From Lama guanicoe (lineage: Eukaryota), in the NCBI GenBank assembly GCA_013239625.1, contig MU054041.1, positions 62,001 to 126,000 on the forward strand: a DNA stretch of 64,000 nucleotides, read 5' to 3'. A program made the position numbers and the translations under genes. The notes beneath the pieces were generated by a model. The model was not told where the DNA came from, did not search any database, and worked only from the letters and a program-made list of their open reading frames with translations. This document shows, piece after piece, positions 54,266-64,000 of the stretch. The stretch's first letter is position 1. Each line of letters begins with the position of its first letter.

Positions 54266-54307
54266 GTGAAAAGCCATTTGACTTATGTGAAAAGCCATTT
54301 GACTTAT
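54266..54307. repeat. Perfect 21-bp tandem duplication
   Basis: gtgaaaagccatttgacttat occurs twice. Confidence 0.97.
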
Positions 54308-54335
54308 TAGATCTATGCTTAGAGATGCTCTAACA

Positions 54336-54528
54336 CAGTAGTTTTCAACTGGGAAAAATTTTCCTACTGAGGGGATGTTTGCCAATTCTGGAGAAATTTT
54401 GTTATGACCAGGGTGGGAGTGCTACTGGCCTTTTTAGATGCTGTCAAAAATTCTCCAATTCACAACATAGCCCCACAACAAAGAATTATCCTATCCAAAA
54501 TGCCAATCATGACAAGGTTGAGAAACTG
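54336..54528 (+). mobile_element. MER20 (hAT-Charlie)
   Basis: cagtagttttcaactggg...ccccacaacaaagaattatcc...aggttgagaaactg. Confidence 0.9.
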
Positions 54529-55099
54529 CTCTACCTACTCACTGTTTAACTCTTTGAGGTGCTTATGTGTCCGCCAAATTGATGATATGTATCATGTGTC
54601 ATGTATCATATGTCATGCCATCTCTAATATATGTACCAAATCTAGTGAAAAGCAGTACAGCTGTATTTGCATGGTACGAAAACAGAAAATAAACAAAAAT
54701 TTAGTTGAATTTGTATCAGAAAAGGAGGCAGTATGTGACTTAGCATGCATGGACATTTCATTTTCATTTTTTTTCTTTGCTTTTCCTTTTTTAAGGTGAC
54801 AGTAGTGTTGTTTTTCCAAGCCAACTCTTTGCATTTCAGTGAATACAATGTTATAAACCAGCATCCTGAAAGCTCCATTAGGAGCATTAGAGGACAGAAA
54901 TAACTTGCCACACCTTCACTGTATCCATTTTAGTGACTCTAGGGTTTTTTTCACTGACTAGCAGAAGTCAATCTCTTTCAGGAGTTTCTGATTCTTCTGT
55001 TTTTTGGTAAGTTTGGATATACCCTCTTTACAGTGCATATCCAATTGGTTCTTTAAAATTGGTCCTCTCAGAAGGCTGCAAAATACACTTATTGTGATT

Positions 55100-55362
55100 A
55101 TAATTTCGGGATTCAGAGTTCCTGGGTTCATATTCTGCCTTCTACTATGCATTAGCTGTATATCCAAGGGCAAATTAATTTTTATACTATATCTTTCTCA
55201 CATGTAAAATTTAAAAGTAATTCCACGTCCTAAGGTTGTAGTGAATGAAGATAGACTATAAATCGCTGAGAATACTGATTGACACATTAAAAGCTCTACG
55301 CAAGTTATTGATGCTTCACTATTATTATTATTATTGTTATTACTATTATGATTACTATTACT
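55100..55362 (+). mobile_element. MIR SINE with an (ATT)n-like tail
   Basis: cctgggttcatattctgccttctacta...tttctcacatgtaaaat, followed by an attattatt tract. Confidence 0.7.
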
Positions 55363-56517
55363 ACTCAGAAGGAGGCCACTCCTTCCTTGCCAAGTAGCTA
55401 GGATTGAACTCAACATGTAACAACTGTCTTAAAGATTGTTTCATCCACAATGTCCTTCTGGAGCCTGTCCAAGCAAATGTGAAGAACTGGTATGTTTTTC
55501 TTCAGGCTATCAGGGTCCATCCATACCTTTTCTTAGTAGAGATTTTCTTTTTCCATAAAAAATTTTAAAGAGTTTTCCTTAATTCTCTGCAGGCTCCTGA
55601 GGTTCAGATTACCTGGAGACTTGTTCTGGACTTCCCAGGGCCTTTCCCAGAGATGGATACACTTATCATTAAGATTAGATAGTGCCATTTTGATGATTAT
55701 AGCTAAAATGCACCATAACCATGGAGATATTTTGGACTTGCATGAATAATACCATGTATTTATAAGATGATCTCAAATTTATAGTTGCATAAAATTTGAG
55801 CCACACAAGATGTTTAAAGATTCAATACCATAGTATTTTGAATTTGTTTCGAAGCTGCCCATCTGGGATCTTCATTCTGCCTAGAAATAACCCCATTTAC
55901 CTATTTCTAAACTGAAACATTTGTTAAAACCTTTACTTGGGGAACCTGAGTCTATAAAACGTGATCTTGTTCTAAATGCTATAATTAAAATGCTAATTAT
56001 TCTTGTCTAAAGAGGGATACATTAACTAAATGCATGCACTTCTATTCTACAGGTTACATCCAGAATGAAATCAAAATCCTTTTTTTTAAAAAGCCAAGCC
56101 CCTTTCTATTTTTGTGAAAAAAATACATTATTTTCTTTCCATTTTGACTGTTTTTGTTACATAAATTGAAAGACTATAATGACTATCATTTCCATTAGTA
56201 GTCTGGAGAATTGTATAATTTGAAATATGTTCTTAAGTTAGGCACAGATTTTTAAAGTTCATTCTAAGTAAAGTCTGTCCTTTCTTTCACATTTTTGCTT
56301 CTTAGTTTCATTGTGCACACCAGAGGATAAAACAGGAAGACATAGTGCAGTACATCTGAAACCAGTACCACAATTACTGCCACTTCTGTAGGACAGAAGT
56401 GAAGGAGATAATCTGTTCAATAATGCCCATCAAAAGAACCTTAACAGCGTCTTTTCAGTGTTGTTAATAAATATGCAAAATACTTATGAAACTGATTTAA
56501 TGTGTTATGCAAGTAAA

Positions 56518-56839
56518 TATCATCTTAGTTCGGGCTGTTATAGCAAAGCACCACAGACTGGGTGGCTCATAAGCAACAGAAGTTTATTGCTCACAGCTCT
56601 GGAGGCTGAAGGTTGGAGATCGGGGCTCAGCACCATGCTGGTTCCAGGGAGAGTCCATTTCCTGGTGGCAGACTTCTGTTTTTGTGTGCTTACATGGAAG
56701 AAAGGTACCATTCCCATTTATCAGAGTTCTGGTTTTATTATCTCGTTTCTTCCCAGTAAGCCCACTATCAAAATCATCACATTGGGATTAATGTTTCAAC
56801 AAATGAATTTGGGGAGGCATAAACATTCAGTCCATTGCA
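56518..56839 (-). mobile_element. MaLR solo LTR, MLT1A-like
   Basis: gggctgttatagcaaagcaccacagactgggtggc...caacagaagtttattgctcacagctctggaggctg...aaacattcagtccattgca. Confidence 0.9.
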
Positions 56840-57429
56840 AATGTACTATGCCAAGTATCATGGTAAGTCACAGTTTTCTTTACCAGGAGCTTAGATACTG
56901 GAGCAGAAAAAAAGTCCATAAAATTTTAATAAGCAAAAGTAGGTTATTTTGGGATTTAATATTTCTCTATGATGCAAAGATCAGGAACAGATAGGTTATC
57001 ACTTAAAGTACAATTTTGTTGTGACCAGTGTAATGTTCTTCAATATTTTACATTCTTTGTCCAAGCTCCTGGTTGAGCATTTTGTGTGGACTACACAGAT
57101 TTTATTTCTGAAACTTTCTTTAAAATATGTAAGTAATAATAAAATAAAGCAAAGCCATCTATCTAATTCAATTTTGTGACACACTCTTTAGAATCCTCTG
57201 TGTCCACATGCTTTTTCTGATGGACAGTACGCTGACAGTAGTTAAGGAGCCCGAGCCACATTTATATAATCACAGCTGCCCTCTGCATGGCATTTATTGG
57301 TCTAGGTGTATGTTCTGATTTGTTGTGCTCAAGTATGATGATTAGGTTACACATATAAACATTAATGTCAGTATTTTTATACTTAATAGTTTGTACCTCT
57401 TAATCCCCTACCTTGTATCATTTTTTAAA

Positions 57430-57655
57430 TAATCACAACTAACATATATTGAGATCCTACTATATGCCAGACACTGTTCAAAGGATTTTGTAGGATTAAA
57501 TTAGCTTCATGCTCGGAACAATCCTATAATGTAAGTATTCCTTTTATTCCATTCTAACACAGAGGGGTTAAGTCAATTGCCAATAGTTAGAGAAAAGAAA
57601 AACCAAGAACTAAACCCAGGGACACGGCCCTGGAGTCCTCACTTTTACCACTGCA
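57430..57655 (-). mobile_element. MIR SINE
   Basis: tattgagatcctactatatgccagacactgtt ... cacagaggggttaagtcaattgcc. Confidence 0.75.
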
Positions 57656-58295
57656 AAGCTGGCGGTAGTGGTCAAAGTGGAATTGGGTAATGCTGCCAGT
57701 GACAACATGCCCCACACAAACCACCCTCCTCCCGCTCCCAGCCGCTTCCCACGCCACGTATACCTGGGGGCAAAGGCTGTTCTGACTACTCAGCACGGGC
57801 ATGGGGAGGGGGGATGCAAAAATTATTCTTCAGCACATTCCTCTTCTCGAGCTTGCCAGAGGAGAGAATTTACAGAAGAACCCAGTTAATCAATGTTTGC
57901 CTAATTTTAAATAAAGCAGAGCCCTCCATCCACATAACTAATAAAATAAAATTGAATACTGAAAACGAGTAACTCTGGCTTAAAAGAAAGGAAAAGGAGT
58001 ATGTTGAAATAATAAAAATTCCAGCTACAAAAGAGCCAACAGTCTGAATACAGACACAAAATCTGTATCAATATTACGAGGAACTCTTCTCCAGTGCCGC
58101 TTTCTGAAGTGAGGTCAGATGACGGACACGAGCCGAGCCTCCGAGAGGCCGGCCCTGAGGCAGCTTGCGTTGCTGACTGAGGAGATCGCTGCAGGGGCGA
58201 GAAGGTAATGAACAAACGGAAGCCGGTGAGATCCGTTACTCCCTTCCTGCGTGATATGTTACAGTCTGTGGATGAAGTCTACTGTGACTGACGTG
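57620..58295. promoter_or_regulatory. CpG-enriched, promoter-like patch in otherwise CpG-depleted DNA
   Basis: I count 15 CpGs in 58077-58293 and 8 in 57621-57850. It contains ETS (CGGAAG), CRE-like (TGACGT) and GC-box-like (CCTCCCGC, CCCACGCC) motifs. Confidence 0.55.
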
Positions 58296-61284
58296 CTACT
58301 TAAAACAGTATTTTTAAAAACTCAGATGCTTAGATGTTTTTATTTATACTTTTAATTTTTAATCAGTACTCCATAAGTACTCTGCCCTATTCCCTATAAA
58401 GGCTAAATTTTAACAGATTATAAGGGCATTTGAAAAGATTTCACATAATCTCCCAACAGCGACTAGAGAGTTACTGAAATGCCCACAGAAATATTTTCAG
58501 ATCTTTCAGCAAAATGACAATTTTGATTAAAAAAATTTTTGCAGGAAAGACATGGCTCTGTTATTAAGATGACAATTTTGAAATTTAGAATAAATAATTT
58601 CATTCAACTATTATATGTATAATTACATGCATATATATTTGATCACAGAGTAAATATATGTATATATATATATGAGGTCACAGATTAAAGAGTTTTAAGT
58701 CAAGAGGAAAAAGTAAATAAGGGAATAAATTGTTCTGAAGCAAGCTTGTGCATTCAGTGTAAAACATATAATAAATAAACTAACAATTATAATGTGCAAC
58801 GTATAAATACAATCCACGCGTCAAAAAACGGCAGTAAGCACTAAACAATAAAAAGTATTCTAAGAAAGGAAAAATATAAAATCAAGTATAAAATAAGGTA
58901 TTTCCTATCGGAATCCTATCAGATTCCCTAAGAGACACTTAAGGACAAAAACCAAAAGACTAAAGCTAAATTTTAAATTAGATATTATATCCACAGCACA
59001 GAACTGCAATGTAGGGGAAAATATTCTGTCTGCATTAAAGTTACTAGCACTCAGCTTGGTAAGAGCATGCTTAGAAGAAAGTTACTTTGATCCCCTTCGT
59101 AAGGATACTACTCATGGTTAGATTGAGTGTGCTTGAAATAGAATCAAGGCATTATTTACATCCCAAGAAATAGACAAATCAAAAGATACAAATTACAAAG
59201 TTTTATCCAAAGAGAAGGGATAGAGGAGTAAAATAATTGTAAGACACCATAATATTAACATAATTAATATACAAAGACATGAATCAAAATAGCTCTGAAC
59301 AGCACACATTACTATTGAATATCTATTTTTTAAAAGCCTGCGCTAGGTATAGGAATTACACGCACATGCACACACACACACTCTCACACATACACAGTGA
59401 TACCTGTCCTCAATAAGTGTACGATCTAATTCCATTAACAGTTTATAATTTCTACATTTAGAAGGTGGAATTTTTAAAATTCACTTAAATGACTACTTTA
59501 TGTAAGGCTGATACAGTCAAATTTAGAATTGTTCTTTGTATGCAGTAAAGAGCTTCCCAAAGTGAAAAAATTATGCAGATATATGTATACATACATATAA
59601 TTACATACATTTTCCTCTTTTCATTCTTTTCTATTACTTCAGATATAGACATGACATTCAAATGCAAAACAGTCTTTCTCCTATGTTTAAATTTATGTAA
59701 ATCCTCAGATATTAATTCTTGTTCTGGCCTTATGGAGCTGAATAAAACATTTAGCAGTTCTTTCTAATTTGATGATTCCCACTCAAAATGGCATATTCTT
59801 TCTGTCTGCAAGTCAGTCGACACTGGTGCATAAAAATCAAATTCCATCAAAATCAATACATCTAAAACTTATCTTACCCTCATTCCTACCTTTTTGATTA
59901 CCTTTTTAATTAACCTATACGTTACAGTTGAGTAGTTCCTGAAGCCAAAATCCTTATAGGCCTGCCTAAGCCAAAGTGTGTGCTCTTTCTACTGTAAGAA
60001 AGCATTCTCTCTACCATTTACATCATTTAGAAAATTTTCATTTTGTTAATTTTCTATCATCTCTCTCAGAATTTGATATTTCCATATTATATATTCTGTG
60101 TATATTCCAAATACATATACTGAATATGTATACATATATATGCTATCAGTGTCTGGAAATTATATAATTTCATGGTATTTTGGAGAGTAAGGTAAATAAT
60201 TCAGAGGAATTCTAATATCAATTGCTCTGTAGTTTATGTTTATGACTCAACAGTAGCAAACATGAAAACTACCTTGTGTTTTAACTTTTCTGAATTATAA
60301 GTCATAAAATAAGAAAGACTTAAGAATACCTATGGGTCATTTAATCTAAATTACAAGCCATAGGAGAAGTATATTCTACAGCATCTCTGGCCTACAATTT
60401 TCACAATTCTGTTTGAATACTTCCATCATCTTCACTATGCTACTCATCCTGTTGTTACATAGTCTTAGTTTTCAGAATGTTATATCCTCTATTGAAACAA
60501 AGCAAGCTTACTTTCATCTAATAATACTAGTCCACTTTTTGTGTGAAAATTAAAATCAACCCACTAAACAATTCCATTCACTCTTTCCCACGACAGCTCT
60601 TCAAGTACTTGAAACAGCTCTCAAATAATCCCTTAGTTACTTTCTGCCAAGCAAAACATTTCCTTGTGCTCAACATTTCTTGTATGACATAACTGTCAGA
60701 TATTTAAAACAGGATTAAAAAGTTACTAACTTTTTTGTAACAGAAATAGGCTTTGTATGTAGCTTTTCATTGTAACTGCAACAGAAATTTGTCCAAAGAC
60801 AAGCTTAGTGAATGTGTTTTCCCATATATTAGATACATGATAAAGTGATCATATTTAAAAGTCTTTAACCTTTAATTCAATAAATATTGACTTTCTGAAA
60901 AATGCCACAGAATTGAAAACTGCTTGGCATAAGGAAAGGAAATTAACACTTCCCACCACTCATGAACTCATAGTCTAATGCAGAAGGCAGATTATAATGA
61001 AAGCTAAAGACTATGATAGAGTCAGGCTGCTTTAGAAAAAAAATGAAAAAAATGCAAACTAGTCTGGGCAGTAAGGGAAATGGATATGTCAGGAGAGTCT
61101 TGTGTCATGAATACAAAGCTTTCTTGGTGAATAAGGATAAACAAATGGAAGCTAAGGGTTGCTCAGGTAAAAAGACATACCACATGTAAAGATATGGAAT
61201 ATATTTATGGCAGACAGAAAGAACATTTGTAATAAACTCCACAGTTTGTATTGTTAAACTAAATAGTGATTTTCATAAGCAGCA

Positions 61285-61544
61285 AAGAGGGAAGATGGCC
61301 ACAAAGGACAGATGTAGAGATTGGACTGTACATCAAGAAGCCAGGGAATACCAAGGATTGCCAGGAAAAATCAAAAACTACAAGAAGGCAAGATTCTGCC
61401 CTACAAGTTTCAAGGGGTGCATGGTATGACTGACACCTTAATTTCAGACTTACAGCCTCTAGAACTGCGACACAATAGATTTCTGTTATTTTAAGCCACC
61501 CAATTTGTGGTACATTGTTAACATCAGTCCTAAGAAATGAATAC
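61285..61544 (+). mobile_element. MaLR LTR 3' part (MLT1B/C-like)
   Basis: gcctctagaactgcgacacaatagatttctgttattttaagccacccaatttgtggtac...gaaatgaataca. Confidence 0.88.
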
Positions 61545-63310
61545 ATCTGCTTACTCAAAAGTGTTTGTTTAGTGCTATCTGCCTGTGAGAGATAAAGCTA
61601 GGAGCCTGAACAAGGAAAACAGACATAATTCCTATTATTATGGAGTTCACAAGAAGCAAGGAAAGAAACTAAGTACATATTATTACAAATTATGATAAGT
61701 ATTTTGAAGTAAAACCTAGAGTACAAAAGGTGATAATAATGGAGTAAAATTTATTTGCAGATTGAGTGATCAAAGATTACTTGTCTGAAAAGTAGAGTGG
61801 AGGCTAAGAAAGATACCTCCTGGAAGAGCAAGAGCAAAATCAATTCAGCCTGAAGAATCTGAAGTCAAAGTCCAGAGACGAGAATAAAACGTATCAAAGA
61901 GAATTTAAGAAATCATCAAAATGTCTGATTACTACAATGACTAGAATGAGATGAATTTGCAAAGGTCCATCCAGTTCCTTACAGTTGATACTAGGAAATC
62001 CAGATTCTGAGTGCAATTTGAAGACATGAAGCATTTTAAGAAGGGATGTAATCCATTTTAGATTTTTACACATTCACTTTCATGTTAGGTGTGGAGTCGA
62101 TTAAGAGATAACAAGGAAAGTAGATAAATCAGTTAGTAGGCCATTGCAGTTGACTTGGTGAAAAATGACGGTGATCTGGAAATGAGAATAGAGAAAAAAT
62201 GGGTTGTTTTGAGCTATAATACATAGTTAGACTCAAGAAAATACAATGTTCAATCGTACTGGAGTTTTGTGATTACGCAGAGTTCATCCCTGTTTTCTAA
62301 CCACACCCAAATTTCCTTTCATGGTATTATCACACTCCTACAATGCACAGAATTTATAAAACGATAAAATGATGTATTCCCTTTCACCTGAGAACTGAAT
62401 ATATCCCTGTAGGCTCCTTTTGTCAGATCTCTTCTCCTTAACTTACCCAGGGATTGGATACACGAGGCATAGCCCCCTGGGCACAGTTTCCCAGATGTGT
62501 TCATCTTGAGGGAGTGGTAAAGGCTGGAACAGATGGCGTTCACTGACTGGAGGGTACTCTTAACCATGCAGCTCCTGCCACGAGACCATTGCTACGGTTC
62601 TTGTTTCCTGACTGGATCAAAGCCTGGTCTTCTATTATTTGGTTGATTGGGGGAGTCTAAGTTACTTAGGATAATTTCACATTCATATTAGCCAGAATCA
62701 GATTCTGTGGTTTGTACACAAAGAATCCTAGGATTCCCCAGATTTTGATTTAAACATCTGAGTGAATAGTGGTGGTGTAACCGGGTGAGCTAGGGGAAAT
62801 GGGGCCAACATAGATCTATGAAAGTGAATAATGAAGCTTTAGATATGTTAGTTTGAAGTGCCTGTGGGATGTTTAAAAAGACACTGAGAAGCCGTTGGAA
62901 TTAAGTGTTTAGTGGTTAGAAATAGAACAGAGCTTTAATTTAAAAGTGAGGGAACATACATATGTATACATGATATTTAAAAACCATGGACACTGATAAG
63001 AGCCATTAGAAAGAGACAACTGAGAAAGATGTGGAGAGTCAGGACAAACCCTGGAAATTCCAACATTTCAAGATGGGTTACAAGAGGACAAGGAACAAAT
63101 CAGACTAAGATGGAGCAGCAGAGTGTCCACGGCCTACTCACGGTCCACTGAGTGGCAGAGCGTGTCTCACAGAAACGTACGAGGGTGTATCTGTAGAACA
63201 GAATGATCAGCATTATGGAAAGCAGCTGGAAATTTAAGTAGGATGAGGACTGAAAACTATGCACTTGTCTGGCAAAGGAAGGTATTAATGGTGTTCAAAG
63301 AACAGAAGCA
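61545..63310 (-). mobile_element. LINE-2, interrupted by an LTR at about 62269-62730
   Basis: gttagtaggccattgcagt, gtttgaagtgcctgtgggat, ccctggaaattccaacatttcaaga, aagtaggatgaggactgaaaa. Confidence 0.75.
62269..62730 (+). mobile_element. ERVL-class solo LTR (LTR16/LTR33-like)
   Basis: 3' end ttagccagaatcagattctgtggtttgtacacaaagaatccta. It splits the L2. Confidence 0.55.
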
Positions 63311-64000
63311 AAGGGTACTCAGAGGCCAAACTGGACGTTTACCTCCTTGGGCTGAAGAGAATTACAACAGCCTTCTTTTGTGGGGACAACACCAATGCAA
63401 AGACAGTCTCTCGTTCTCACTCAGGCTTCCATGTTGAGGTCGTGGCAGAATTCCTCAGGGCCCTGGCAGCCAAGGAGTGGGAATTCCAAGGACAATACCA
63501 CCCACTTTACTGACTCTCTGCAATGGCTGATGGTTTCTGATTAGCTTTGAGGGGAAAGTGGTCCTAGCCATGGCTGCTCACAATATTTCACTTTATTATA
63601 GTGTAACATTTGATACATACAAACAATCGTTAGCTACTCTGGGCAGGGTATATGTCAAGGCAATGCTCCTACCGCAGCAGTTGCCAGAAAGTAAGTAAAT
63701 ATTAAATATTACTTTTTGTTAACACATTAGTAACATGTGGAATCAGTAAGTCCTAAAGGAACTAAAATTGCAGAAAGGTAACAGCCTTTTTTGGTTTTCA
63801 AATCTTAAGGGACAAATGTAGGAGTATCAATTAAATGCCAGGTAAGGTCATACCTGAGACCTGAGTCACATGTTAATTTATTAGTTGGTAAAACATGGGA
63901 AAGATTCAAATGTGATGACTGACAATGGACAAAATTTAAAGGGATTCTTCAAGAAAACAGAGCTTGACAAATATCATATATCCATGGAAATGGATGAAGA

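Noticed and set aside
54404..54911. Three overlapping ORFs (131, 83 and 89 aa)
   Set aside because: The plus-strand one starts in MER20, and none resembles a protein I recognise.
56458..56994. Longest ORF in the track (178 aa)
   Set aside because: It starts at a non-ATG codon and runs through an antisense MLT1A LTR. It is a chance open frame with no protein-like features.

Overview
AT-rich, CpG-poor mammalian genomic DNA, either a very large intron or an intergenic region. No prokaryotic features. The young LINE-1 3' UTRs resemble camelid (alpaca/camel) L1 as I recall it, and I saw no Alu, B1/B2, Bov-tA/BovB, PRE-1, CHR or SINEC elements, so a camelid source is likely (inference). A large part of the window is transposon debris: L1 of several ages, L2, MIR, MaLR/ERVL/ERV1 solo LTRs, and hAT, Tigger and mariner DNA elements. 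I recognise no protein-coding gene, rRNA, tRNA, miRNA or CRISPR array. The longer ORFs in the track are decayed L1 ORF2 pieces or chance frames through repeats. Repeat names come from recalled consensus similarity, not a database search, and boundaries are approximate. The most notable non-routine signals: (1) a CpG-rich, promoter-like patch at about 57.6-58.3 kb with a possible exon readable on either strand; (2) a minus-strand terminal-exon-like unit at about 9.7-9.8 kb with three in-frame acceptors, a double stop and AATAAA; (3) an iterative templated insertion of nearby DNA into a MER34-like LTR at about 22.9-23.1 kb; (4) an AP-1 site cluster at 30.0-31.4 kb; (5) a young L1 stub with a perfect 18-bp TSD. 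I found no convincing novel multi-gene system.
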